Of a stretch of DNA of 57,737 nt, positions 16,715 through 25,947 are shown one piece after another. Each line of letters starts with the position of its first letter. Position 1 is the first letter of the stretch. The stretch comes from Rhodospirillales bacterium (GTDB lineage Bacteria; Pseudomonadota; Alphaproteobacteria; Rhodospirillales; Casp-alpha2): the NCBI GenBank assembly GCA_013204265.1, contig JABMOG010000151.1, forward strand, positions 1-57,737. Reading direction: 5' to 3'. Both the position numbers and the translations under genes were made by a program. The notes beneath the pieces are model-generated. The model was not told the DNA's origin. It did not search any database and was given only the letters and a program-made list of their open reading frames with translations.

Positions 16715-17620
16715 TTACACCGTGTTACTCAAGTTCAATTCCCCAGCCAGTTCGGCGAATCCCGCGCCCAGAGAATGGGAAGGTTTCCATTCCGGCAGCA
16801 TCGGATCCGCCGGACACGGCTGAAAGATCTGGTTGGGATGGTAGTCCAGCGCGCCCCAGTTCAGCGCCAACGGGCGGCCGCAGGCGGCTTCGAACACCGC
16901 GGCAATGTTTTTTAGGGTCGCCGGATGTTCCGAGCCAAGGAAATAGGCCCGGTGCCTCGGCCCGATGTCGCCACGTTTCAAAAGGGTTGCGGCGTTAAGA
17001 AAGCCGTCCACCACGTCGGATACATGGATCATGTCCAGAACCTGTTCGCCGCCGCTCATATCGACGGGTTCTCCTTGGGCAGCGCGACCGAAGGCCGCCG
17101 TGAGTCCACCCCGCCAGTCTCCGGGTCCGTAGACGTCGAACAGGACCAGTGTCACCGCCGCAAGCCCGCCGTCTTCTGGGCGGGTGTAGAGAAAATCCTG
17201 AAACGTCTGCTTAGTTTCCGCATAAAACGAATTGGGGGCCGGTTTCCCGGCAGCGTCGAACTGCCAGTAGGACCCGGTGTTGATGAACGCCTTGCAATTG
17301 TTTTGCCGGGCGGCGTGCCAAAGCCGGGTGGAGAAATCAACGTTGGCTTCCAGCGTGGCGTCCCGGTCCTCCTCTCCGCCGCCGGGACGATGCGCGGCCA
17401 GATGAAAGACCGTTTCGACGGGCCCGCCGTCAAAGGCCGAGGCCAGCCCGTCGGGTGTTCCATCATCAACGTAAAGCCGCACCCCGCCGCCGAGTGCGCG
17501 GAGGCGATCCGGTTGCGAGGATGGGCGCAGGATGGCGGTCACGGTTTTATTTTCTTCGACCAGCCGCTTCGTTAGATGATGGCCGATATAGCCGGACGCG
17601 CCCGTGATCAGAACCGCCAT
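16715..17620 (-). CDS. NAD-dependent epimerase/reductase, CDP-paratose/abequose-synthase-like
   Basis: ORF trimmed to MAVLITGASGYIGHHL at 17620 (ATGA overlap with the rfbG stop). YAETK (YxxxK) present. Located directly downstream of rfbFGH. Confidence 0.75.
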   Translation of the reverse strand: MAVLITGASGYIGHHLTKRLVEENKTVTAILRPSSQPDRLRALGGGVRLYVDDGTPDGLASAFDGGPVETVFHLAAHRPGGGEEDRDATLEANVDFSTRLWHAARQNNCKAFINTGSYWQFDAAGKPAPNSFYAETKQTFQDFLYTRPEDGGLAAVTLVLFDVYGPGDWRGGLTAAFGRAAQGEPVDMSGGEQVLDMIHVSDVVDGFLNAATLLKRGDIGPRHRAYFLGSEHPATLKNIAAVFEAACGRPLALNWGALDYHPNQIFQPCPADPMLPEWKPSHSLGAGFAELAGELNLSNTV

Positions 17621-18708
17621 CAGGCCTCCGGCTGGATGGCGTCCAGATAATCGGCAATCTGGCGTTCCAGTAGACCGGCCAGCGTCGCCGTATCCGCGCC
17701 CGTATGGTGGATGGCGTACCATTCGGCGGTCAGTCGGACGGCGTCCTTGAAACCGAGGCGCGCCCGCCAGCCGAGCTCCTTGCCGGCCAGCGTCGAATCG
17801 AGGACCAGGGTCTGAGCTTCGTGGGGCGCGTCGGGCGAGGTCTGGGCTTCCCATTCGGTCGGGCCGGGCCAATGGCCGGCAAATTCCTCAACCACCTGGG
17901 CGACAGAAAAAACCTTGCCGCTTTCGGGGCCAAAATTCCATCCCTTTGCATAAGCGGCGCCCTGCTCGGCCAGCCGCTCGGCCAGCAACAGATAACCGGA
18001 CACCGGTTCCAATACATGCTGCCACGGCCGTACCGCTATGGCGTTGCGAATGACGAGAGGCTGGTCGGTGGAAAACGCGCGCACGGCGTCCGGGATGATG
18101 CGGTCTTCGCACCAGTCGCCGCCGCCGATGACGTTGCCGGCCCGGGCCGACGCCAGGGCAAGACCGTCCCCACCGGCGTTAAAAAACGACTCACGATAGG
18201 CACCGGTAATGATTTCCGAGCATGCCTTGCTGGCGCTGTAGGGGTCCTTGCCGCCCAGGGGATCCGTTTCCCGGTAGCCTTCGGCCTGGTTGCGGTTTTC
18301 ATAGCATTTGTCGGTGGTGACGTTGACCACGGCCCGGATACTGTCGGCGGCGCGGCAGGCCTCGAGCAGGTTGGCGGTGCCGAGGATATTGACCTGCACC
18401 GTTTCCAGGGGGTCGCGATAGGACCGTCGGACCAGGGACTGGGCGGCCATGTGAATGATGATTTCGGGTTTGAAATCCCGTATCGCCCCGACCAGGGCTT
18501 CGGAATCTCGAACGTCGCCGATCCGGTGGTTGCACATGCCGGCAATTCCGGCGGCATCGAACAGATTGGGCGTGGTATCCGGTGCCAATGCGTACCCCCC
18601 CGTGACAGACCCCAGATGCCGGAGTATGGCGACAAGCCATGCACCCTTGAACCCGGTGTGGCCGGTCAGGAAGACACGTCGGCCATTCCAGAACTCGGCA
18701 TTCAGCAT
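17620..18708 (-). CDS. rfbG: CDP-glucose 4,6-dehydratase
   Basis: MLNAEFWNGRRVFLTGHTGFKGAWL is the canonical RfbG N-terminus, and YSASK is present. The start at 18708 is 4 nt after the rfbF stop; ATG at 18732 is the alternative. Confidence 0.9.
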   Translation of the reverse strand: MLNAEFWNGRRVFLTGHTGFKGAWLVAILRHLGSVTGGYALAPDTTPNLFDAAGIAGMCNHRIGDVRDSEALVGAIRDFKPEIIIHMAAQSLVRRSYRDPLETVQVNILGTANLLEACRAADSIRAVVNVTTDKCYENRNQAEGYRETDPLGGKDPYSASKACSEIITGAYRESFFNAGGDGLALASARAGNVIGGGDWCEDRIIPDAVRAFSTDQPLVIRNAIAVRPWQHVLEPVSGYLLLAERLAEQGAAYAKGWNFGPESGKVFSVAQVVEEFAGHWPGPTEWEAQTSPDAPHEAQTLVLDSTLAGKELGWRARLGFKDAVRLTAEWYAIHHTGADTATLAGLLERQIADYLDAIQPEA

Positions 18709-18712
18709 CGGT

Positions 18713-19492
18713 TTAAGAGCCGTTTCCGTCATTCCAGACTTTCCACGGTGCGTTGCCGCTTTGCCACAGGTCTTCCAGGTGGTTTTTGTCGCGGAGTGTG
18801 TCCATGCACTGCCAAAATCCCTGGTGCAGATAGCTGTCCAACTGGCCGTCGCGGCTGAGCTGTTCCATCGGTTCGCGTTCCCACGATACGTCGGCTCTGC
18901 TAATGGTGTCGAGTGCGCCGGGCTCAAGAACGAAGAATCCGCCGTTTATCCAGTCGCCGTCGGGCTTTTCAGAAAAGCCCGTGACCGCGCCGTCGGCGAT
19001 TTGCAAGTGGCCGAACCGGCCCGGTTGCCGCACCGCTGTCACCGTCGCCAGCTTGCCGTGACTTTTATGTTGGTCGACCAGGGCGGCGACATCGATATCG
19101 GCGACGCCATCGCCGTAGGTGAAGCAGAACGGTTCGTCGTCGAGATGATGTGCGATGTTTGTCAGCCGCCCGCCGGTCATCACGTCAACGCCTGTATCGA
19201 CCAGCGTCACCCGCCACGGCTCGCTGGCCGATTGGTGGATGATGGTCGAATTGTCCGACAGATCAAAGGTCACGTCGGACATGTGCAGGTGATAGTTGGC
19301 GAAATATTCCTTGATCAGGTAGCCCTTGTAACCGAGGCAGATGATGAAATCCTGAATACCGAAATGGCTGTAGGTTTTCATGATGTGCCACAGTATAGGC
19401 ATGCCGCCGATCTCGACCATCGGTTTTGGCTTGTCCTGGGTTTCCTCGCTGAGCCGGCTGCCGTAGCCGCCGGCGACAATTACACATTTCAT
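18713..19492 (-). CDS. rfbF: Glucose-1-phosphate cytidylyltransferase
   Basis: MKCVIVAGGYGSRLSEETQDKPKPMVEIGGMPILWHIMK, and GFWQCMDTLRDK near the C-terminus. Confidence 0.9.
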   Translation of the reverse strand: MKCVIVAGGYGSRLSEETQDKPKPMVEIGGMPILWHIMKTYSHFGIQDFIICLGYKGYLIKEYFANYHLHMSDVTFDLSDNSTIIHQSASEPWRVTLVDTGVDVMTGGRLTNIAHHLDDEPFCFTYGDGVADIDVAALVDQHKSHGKLATVTAVRQPGRFGHLQIADGAVTGFSEKPDGDWINGGFFVLEPGALDTISRADVSWEREPMEQLSRDGQLDSYLHQGFWQCMDTLRDKNHLEDLWQSGNAPWKVWNDGNGS

Positions 19493-20799
19493 GACGTCAA
19501 CGCCTTAACCATGGAGCGGAAGGTTTCCGCCATATAATTCAATTCCGCCTCGCCGAGGCCGGGCCACAGGCCAATCCAGAAACAGTCCCGCATGATCTTG
19601 TCGGTGACCACCAGATCACCGGCGACGCGATGGTCGATGTCCCGGTAACCGGGTTGACGCAGAATATTACCGGCAAAAAGCTGGCGTGTCCCGATTTGAT
19701 GGTCTTCCAGATAACGCACGACATCGCCCCGTTCAAAGGGTGCGCCATCCTTGATGGCCAGCAGATATCCGAACCAGCTGGGGTCCGATTTTTCCGTCGC
19801 AAGGGGAAAGTCAAAGAATTCCTCCATGCCGGATTGCTTCAGCAACCTGTCGAGTTTGGTGAAATTATCCCGCCGTGATCGAATGAACCCATCGACCTTC
19901 TTAAGCTGACTGCAGCCGATGGCGGCCTGCATGTCCGTCACCTTTAGGTTATAGCCGATGTGGGCATAGACATATTTATGGTCGTAGCCTTGCGGAAGGT
20001 CTCCAAATTTCCAATCCCAGCGTTTTTCGCAGGTGTTGTCCTTGCCGGGTTCGCACCAGCAATCGCGCCCCCAGTCCCGGTAGGAATCGACCAGCCGCCC
20101 GAACAGGTTGCGGTTGGTCAGGACCGCACCGCCCTCGCCCATGGTGATGTGATGGGCGGGGTAGAAGCTGAGCGTCGCCAGATCGCCAAAGGTGCCGACA
20201 TTTTCCCCGTCATAGGTGGCCCCGAAGGCATCGCAGCAATCCTCGATCAGGAACAGGTCGTGTTTCTTCGCCAGCCCGGTCACGGCGTCGAGGTTGAACG
20301 GGTTGCCCATGGTGTGCGCCAGCATAATGGCTCGGGTTTTTGGTCCGACGGCGTCAGCCAGCCGGGTGGGGTCGATGTTGTAGGTGCCGGGCTCGACATC
20401 AACGAAGACGGGGATGCAGCCGTTCTGGAGGATCGGCGCGATGGTCGTCGGGAACCCAGCGGCGACGGTGATGACTTCGCTGCCGGGTGCGATCCGGCGC
20501 TGGCGCAGCTTGTGCGAGGTCAGGGCCGAAAATGCCAGCAGGTTCGCCGCCGACCCGGAAACCGTCAGGCTGGACCGGGTAACGCCGAATTTGGCGGCCA
20601 GCGCGGCTTCGAAATCCTTGGCGAAGCGCCCGGTGGTCAGATGCATGTCTAGGGACGCATCGATCAGGTTGACGAGGTCCTCTTCATCCAGAACCTTGCC
20701 GCTGACCGGGATATAGGTCTCGCCGGGGGCAAAACCACCCGCTTCGCGTTCGGCGGCAAATTTACGAGCCAGATCAAGGATTTGGGTTCTCAGGGTCAT
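19489..20799 (-). CDS. rfbH: CDP-6-deoxy-4-hexulose 3-dehydrase (E1, RfbH/DdhC type)
   Basis: DegT-fold protein in which the Schiff-base Lys is replaced by His (SFYPAHHITMGEGG). It has Cys spacing C-X57-C-X1-C-X7-C (EDCC...DCWCEPGKDNTC), which matches the unusual 2Fe-2S motif described for E1. Confidence 0.85.
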   Translation of the reverse strand: MTLRTQILDLARKFAAEREAGGFAPGETYIPVSGKVLDEEDLVNLIDASLDMHLTTGRFAKDFEAALAAKFGVTRSSLTVSGSAANLLAFSALTSHKLRQRRIAPGSEVITVAAGFPTTIAPILQNGCIPVFVDVEPGTYNIDPTRLADAVGPKTRAIMLAHTMGNPFNLDAVTGLAKKHDLFLIEDCCDAFGATYDGENVGTFGDLATLSFYPAHHITMGEGGAVLTNRNLFGRLVDSYRDWGRDCWCEPGKDNTCEKRWDWKFGDLPQGYDHKYVYAHIGYNLKVTDMQAAIGCSQLKKVDGFIRSRRDNFTKLDRLLKQSGMEEFFDFPLATEKSDPSWFGYLLAIKDGAPFERGDVVRYLEDHQIGTRQLFAGNILRQPGYRDIDHRVAGDLVVTDKIMRDCFWIGLWPGLGEAELNYMAETFRSMVKALTS

Positions 20800-20841
20800 G
20801 GAATGATGGCGCTCGCCTTGTGAAGGTGAAAGGCGGAGGCC

Positions 20842-22014
20842 CTAACGGGCAGCAGCCTGTTTCGATTTGGTTAGCCGAATATACAAATCCCGAAGAGACA
20901 TTTCCAAACGCGATTCTTGCCGTTCACCGAAAACGTTGCGGATAGTTCTTATCAGCCTCCAGGGTCTGATCATGTAAAGCATTCCGTAAAACATCAACAT
21001 ACCGAAAATTCGATAGAACCCAAGAGCCCGATTGCTGATGTGTTGAGAACATGAAGTGGTTTTTGTTATGTCGGTGTAAGCCGAGAGGACGTAAAAGAAC
21101 TCATCACTGTAATCCGTTATAAGGTGGGATTTTCGCATATCCGAAAACAATTCGGAACCGGGATAGGGGGAAAAGGGGGAAAAGGGGGAAAACGATATAT
21201 CGTGGATTCCAATTGCCGCCAAGCGCACGGTGAACCAAAGGGTTTGAAAAACCTCGGCATGGGTTTCGTTTGGAAAACCGATAAGGATGTTGGCTTTGCA
21301 GTTGATGCTGTTTCTAATCGGGGCGCGCATGGATTTTTCCATGTCCCGGAGGTCGATCTTTTTCTTGATCCGCTTCAGAACCGACGGCGCGCCGCTTTCC
21401 GGCGCATAGCTCATGTTGCGACAGCCCGATTTGTACAGCAGTTCGGAGACCTCGGAATCGATCGCTTCGGACCGGGCGCCGCTGGGTAGTTGCCAGGTGA
21501 AATTGACCCCGCAGTCGATCGCCATGTTACAGAAACGGACGATCCAGTCTTTCTTTACGATGGCCGTCAGGTCGTAGAAATCAAAATTATCAATTTTGTA
21601 TTGCTTGTGATAGCTGAGCATTTCCGCGAGTACCTGTTCCGGGTCGCGGGAAACCCAGCGGGTCCCCCCCATGGTCGGGTTTGAGCAGAAGGTGCATTGA
21701 TAGGGACATCCCCGGGTCGCCAGAATGGGCATGGACCGGCCGCGATTGACTCCGAAACCGTAGCCGTTGTCCAGATAGCTGGCGAGCGGGAACAGATTCC
21801 AGGACGGCAGCGGGATATCGTCCAGGGCACGCAGCCGCGGGCGGGCCTCAGTAAACACCACCTTGTCGTCACGGCGAAAGGCGACGCCATTGACGGCGAT
21901 CATCGTTATTAGGGAAGGATGCATGGGTTCAGTATTTATATGGGAGCAGATAGCTAGAAACGATAGATTTTTTACCAGCCGGAACGGTGACGTCCCAAAA
22001 GGCTCGAAAATCAC
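20842..22014 (-). CDS. Radical SAM protein of the B12-binding class, lacking the N-terminal cobalamin-binding domain (possible gene remnant)
   Basis: ILATRGCPYQCTFCSNP (CxxxCxxC) lies only about 100 aa from the start, versus about 235 aa in the intact paralog at 40111..41682. The upstream gene ends 6 nt before the start. Confidence 0.65.
   Translation of the reverse strand: MIFEPFGTSPFRLVKNLSFLAICSHINTEPMHPSLITMIAVNGVAFRRDDKVVFTEARPRLRALDDIPLPSWNLFPLASYLDNGYGFGVNRGRSMPILATRGCPYQCTFCSNPTMGGTRWVSRDPEQVLAEMLSYHKQYKIDNFDFYDLTAIVKKDWIVRFCNMAIDCGVNFTWQLPSGARSEAIDSEVSELLYKSGCRNMSYAPESGAPSVLKRIKKKIDLRDMEKSMRAPIRNSINCKANILIGFPNETHAEVFQTLWFTVRLAAIGIHDISFSPFSPFSPYPGSELFSDMRKSHLITDYSDEFFYVLSAYTDITKTTSCSQHISNRALGFYRIFGMLMFYGMLYMIRPWRLIRTIRNVFGERQESRLEMSLRDLYIRLTKSKQAAAR
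21166..21192. repeat. Perfect 9-bp tandem repeat gggggaaaa x3, in frame inside the radical SAM remnant
   Basis: Read directly from the sequence. It encodes FSPFSPFSP on the minus strand. Confidence 0.9.
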
Positions 22015-22019
22015 ATTTT

Positions 22020-24188
22020 TCAGAAGACAAACCGGCGCAAGACCTCTCTCACGCTTGGGCGTTGATAGGCGAATCGGACCTCTCGGGTGCCGGGCGGAAC
22101 CTGAACGCCCATTTGAACGTGATTGACCGGCACTATGGTGAGGGGGTTGCCGTCGGCGGTGGCGCGCCAGAACGGCACGGCGATGGTATTGATGACCAGG
22201 ATACCGCCATCCGGCGCGTCCGTGTCGGCGGTAAAGCCGTCTTTTATCCGCGCATATTTTTTTACCTTCAGGCTGGTTTGAGTGGCCCCCAGGGCGGCTT
22301 TTTCCGATTGGCGAACGAAGACAACCCGTCCCGGGCCGGCGACTTCTCGTTCCATTTTCCTCAGGAACTGGGTAGCGCTCACGGCATCCGGACCAACCAC
22401 CAAGTGGTCGGCGGCATATACCTGCGGATAAGGATCAGGCAGGGCATAGACATAAAGATCTGGGAAGTCGAACAATCGGTTGACCCGGTCTTTCATATAG
22501 TCGGCAAAATGCTCTTTCCTTGCGTCCCGGGTCATCGGCGGCGCTTTCGGCCCGGCCACCAGACGCACCCCATCCTCTTCCATGGGCAGTGGGCTGAGGA
22601 TGAAGCTGACGTTTGCCGCCCGCAGCAAAGGCAAGGAAACCTGCTGACCGATTCCCTGGTACTTTCCATCCCGCCATCTCGACCAATCCACCATTAAGCG
22701 CGGGTCGTTTCCGGGTTTGACTTTTGCTCCCTTGTGAATGCTGGCTTTAAAGTACGTCGTGCGCTCTTTGGGCTCGAGCATCATGAACATATCGAAGCCC
22801 TCAAGCCCGTAGAAGCCGGAGGTTAAGCCCGGCTCCGGCCCGAGGTCGCGGACGCGCAGCGAGATAACCCGGAACGGCTCCTTGGGCCGCCAATCACCGG
22901 CCAAAGAAGCGGCGATGGAATGGTACTGATTTTGGCCGCCGTGATAGAGAAGGTTGGCCAGATTATAGACCTTGAACTGAACCAACATGCCGATCGCAAG
23001 GGCCAGAATCACGGCCCCGCCGACGCCCTGATAAGCGGCCATCTGCGAGCCCCCAGGCAGGCGAAACAATTCCGCCGCGCGAACCAGCGGCAACAGCGTA
23101 AGGGCGGTTATGGCCAGCAACACATAGTGATGGGAAAGATTGTTCACAGTCCCCATTCCGATAACCTGGAACGGGAACAGAATCAGGAATACATAAAGCG
23201 TGAACAAGGCCGCGATGCCAACCGTTAACCGCCAACGAGTTTCGTCACGATAGAGCCATAAAACCGCCAGGGAAGCAAAAGCGAGCAGCGTAACTCTGTT
23301 TTCCGGGGCCCTGAGCATCAGAGTCTGTATCGATAGGGAGACCTGCTCCAGGGACAACATCTTTAGATCGGTGAAGCTGCCCCGGTATGTCAGGGGCGAT
23401 ATCTGCAGCATGGCGTAGATCGGCTCTGCCCAATTGACCAGGACGGCGGCGAACAAAAGGATAAGTGACAGCGCCACCCGAAAGTTAAGCCGCTTCAACA
23501 TTATGGCGGATAGGCCGATGCCGGCGAACATCGTTTCGACGACATGGGTTGGGTCCAGATAAACCGCCGTGACAATGGCGGTGGGGATGGCATAGAGCCA
23601 GTAACGTTGCGCGCCGGAGCGGACCACGAAAACGTAAATGGCCAAGGGAAGAAAAGACAGCGCGGCGCCGATGGAATACGTGATGTAGAGCAGATTATGA
23701 GTGGAAACGGTAAACAATGCCCCGGCCGCTGCACAGGTCAGGGCGTCTGCCTTGGAAGTGTCGCGGCACAGCAGATAAGCACCCCAAAAACCGACGCTGA
23801 CGACGATCGCCTTGTGAATCAGAATGGCGATCCAAACCGGAAAAAGCGAGAACCAAACCAGTTCAGGCGATATCAGCTGAATTCCCGGTGAAAGTGCCGT
23901 GTAGACGTCGGTGCCGCCACCGATGTGGTGACCAAACTGGCCGCCCAGGTGGCCGTTTAGCAAATACATATAGTAGGGAACGAAATGGTCGCCTTCGTCA
24001 TCCATGTGGATGTAGGAGTTTTCACCAAGGAAGTAATATTCAAACAGCCATACGGCAGCCCAAATCAGGAAAAAGGGAGTGACGCTACGCACTTTTGGCT
24101 GCCACCGCAGCAGGGCGACGAGCGCCAACGCAAACGCGGCGACGCCTATCCCATCCGCCAGAAGGAGTGCTTTATTGAATAAGGTCAT
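22020..24188 (-). CDS. Large polytopic membrane protein with C-terminal soluble domain (GT-C/YfhO-like architecture; function unknown)
   Basis: ORF trimmed to MTLFNKALLLADGIGVAAFALALVALL at 24188. Roughly the first 470 aa are a string of hydrophobic helices and the last 250 aa are hydrophilic. Confidence 0.5.
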   Translation of the reverse strand: MTLFNKALLLADGIGVAAFALALVALLRWQPKVRSVTPFFLIWAAVWLFEYYFLGENSYIHMDDEGDHFVPYYMYLLNGHLGGQFGHHIGGGTDVYTALSPGIQLISPELVWFSLFPVWIAILIHKAIVVSVGFWGAYLLCRDTSKADALTCAAAGALFTVSTHNLLYITYSIGAALSFLPLAIYVFVVRSGAQRYWLYAIPTAIVTAVYLDPTHVVETMFAGIGLSAIMLKRLNFRVALSLILLFAAVLVNWAEPIYAMLQISPLTYRGSFTDLKMLSLEQVSLSIQTLMLRAPENRVTLLAFASLAVLWLYRDETRWRLTVGIAALFTLYVFLILFPFQVIGMGTVNNLSHHYVLLAITALTLLPLVRAAELFRLPGGSQMAAYQGVGGAVILALAIGMLVQFKVYNLANLLYHGGQNQYHSIAASLAGDWRPKEPFRVISLRVRDLGPEPGLTSGFYGLEGFDMFMMLEPKERTTYFKASIHKGAKVKPGNDPRLMVDWSRWRDGKYQGIGQQVSLPLLRAANVSFILSPLPMEEDGVRLVAGPKAPPMTRDARKEHFADYMKDRVNRLFDFPDLYVYALPDPYPQVYAADHLVVGPDAVSATQFLRKMEREVAGPGRVVFVRQSEKAALGATQTSLKVKKYARIKDGFTADTDAPDGGILVINTIAVPFWRATADGNPLTIVPVNHVQMGVQVPPGTREVRFAYQRPSVREVLRRFVF

Positions 24189-25170
24189 TATGGGTAGATT
24201 TTTTGCATTCGAGTGGAAAGCTAAAGGGTTTCTCACGATGAAGGTAGGCCAACCGATGTTGCGTCGCCCAATCTCCACCCTTGCGGCGGTGCCAGAACGG
24301 CGGCGTCTTGGAATAGAACATCTGGCTCCAGGCGCTGATTTCGTCGACCAGGATTTGGTCATCGGGGTGCCAGGGGTAGTCGTCGAAACGGGCCTTCGAG
24401 CCATCCACCAGCTCTTTGACCCGCTTGTTGCAGCAATAAAACAACGTGCGGTCCGCCGTATTGGCGCGCAGGATGCGGAAGTAGCCTGCAATCACGGGCG
24501 GGTCCATTTCCTGCATGGAGTGGACATTAATGGCTAGGCTGATGGGGGCATTTTCGATCATCGGGGCGTTATCCGCCTGCACGGCAATGAGGCGGATATC
24601 GGGTCGCTCAAGGGCCTGGGCCAAGTCTTCGGGGCTGGTCACCAGGGCAAACCCGGCATCGGGGACCGCCTTGCTTATATAGGTAAGATCCAGCAACAAA
24701 GACCGGGTCAGGTTGACGGCAATAGCCTTTCGCAAAGGCGACGACAACAAGGCAAGCGAGGTCATGACGCCGTAGCCGTCGCCGATGATCAGGTTGCACG
24801 GGCCTTCCGATGTGATGTCGGCATGCTGGCGGATTACGGCCAAAGATAACGTTTGGCGGACCATGTCGTGGGTGAACTGGCGGCCCTGGCGCCGCGCGAC
24901 GAGACGGCCCAGGCGCTGGCATTCCGGGAAATCCTTGAGACCCCGCCCCATTCGGCGGAAGGGCGCCTGCAAAACCCAATGGGCGGCGGAATTGAGCATT
25001 CCCATTTTTGTCGACACGCTGCCCAACACGCTCTTGCCCTGAAGTTGACCGTCTGCAGTCATCTGGACGTATTGAATTTCGTGTTCCCAATAGGACGACC
25101 GTGCAGCCTCAGGGGTTTCGACCTCGGCGTAAAGGGCCTCGAGGGCCTTGTTTCCGGTGAAAAGTGCCAT
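24172..25170 (-). CDS. Putative SAM-dependent sugar O-methyltransferase
   Basis: Glycine-rich LIIGDGYGVMTSL followed by INVHSMQEM. It resembles my recollection of the Leptospira O-antigen LIC12133-type putative sugar O-methyltransferases. Weak call. Confidence 0.4.
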   Translation of the reverse strand: MALFTGNKALEALYAEVETPEAARSSYWEHEIQYVQMTADGQLQGKSVLGSVSTKMGMLNSAAHWVLQAPFRRMGRGLKDFPECQRLGRLVARRQGRQFTHDMVRQTLSLAVIRQHADITSEGPCNLIIGDGYGVMTSLALLSSPLRKAIAVNLTRSLLLDLTYISKAVPDAGFALVTSPEDLAQALERPDIRLIAVQADNAPMIENAPISLAINVHSMQEMDPPVIAGYFRILRANTADRTLFYCCNKRVKELVDGSKARFDDYPWHPDDQILVDEISAWSQMFYSKTPPFWHRRKGGDWATQHRLAYLHREKPFSFPLECKKSTHNDLIQ

Positions 25171-25173
25171 GGG

Positions 25174-25947
25174 CTAGGAAAGGCTTAAATAGCGTTCGGT
25201 CAGGGGGTCTGCGGCCAGTATTTCCTCGCCGCGGGCTTTGTCGTCGGGGGTATCGACGCCGATAGTTTGCGTTTCGGTGAAGGCGACGAAAAGGGAAATT
25301 CCATGTTCCAGGACCCTCATCATGTCCACGGATTCGGCTATCTCAAGCGGAGTTTGAGGAAGCTCGGCGAATTGTTTAAGGAACCCGTGGGTGAAGGCCA
25401 TGATGCCTGTTTGCTGGAACATGGGAACGTCTTCGCCCCGGTTGCGGAACGGGATCGGCGCCCGCGAGAAGCAAAGCGCCCGGCCATCGGCCCCGGCGAC
25501 CACCTTGACCGTGTTGGGGTCATCGTGGTCTTCGGTCCGGGTCAGGCGCGAGCCCAGGTTGACCACCGGCGCCCCGGTGCGCGACTGGGCTTTGAGCACG
25601 TCCGCGATCATCTCGGGCGAGACCAGGACCTCGTCGCCCTGGACCATGACAACAACCGAATCGCCCGGCATGTCGGGGTAACGGGTTTCAATCGCCTCCT
25701 GAACCCGGTCGGTGCAGCGTTCGTGGGTGTTGGCGGTCATTACGGCCGGTGCGCCGTGGGCTTCTGCCGCCTGCATGATTTCGTCGTCGCAGGTGGCGAT
25801 GACGACCTCGGAAAAACCCTGATAAAGCCGGCAGCGCTCATAAACATGCAGCACCAACGCCAACCCCAAAAGGGGTTCCAGCGGTTTCCCGGGATAACGG
25901 CTGGAAGCCATCCGGGCCGGGATGATGCAAACCGGGCCGTCGATCAT
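25174..25947 (-). CDS. KdsB-like cytidylyltransferase (CMP-3-deoxy-ulosonate synthetase family)
   Basis: VCIIPARMASSRYPGKPL and VVMVQGDEVLV (compare the KdsB motifs IPAR..S.R.PGKPL and VQGDEPL). Confidence 0.8.
   Translation of the reverse strand: MIDGPVCIIPARMASSRYPGKPLEPLLGLALVLHVYERCRLYQGFSEVVIATCDDEIMQAAEAHGAPAVMTANTHERCTDRVQEAIETRYPDMPGDSVVVMVQGDEVLVSPEMIADVLKAQSRTGAPVVNLGSRLTRTEDHDDPNTVKVVAGADGRALCFSRAPIPFRNRGEDVPMFQQTGIMAFTHGFLKQFAELPQTPLEIAESVDMMRVLEHGISLFVAFTETQTIGVDTPDDKARGEEILAADPLTERYLSLS

Noticed and set aside
16715-17872. N-terminal extensions in tracked ORFs: 308..2314, 16715..17872, 17620..18927, 22020..24491, 25944..26765, 45097..45873, 50502..51281 and 52221..52958.
   Set aside because: The extensions overlap the upstream gene, are Arg/Pro-rich, and precede an internal start that matches the canonical family N-terminus and forms a 1-4 nt overlap with, or a short gap after, the upstream stop. 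The starts were trimmed accordingly.
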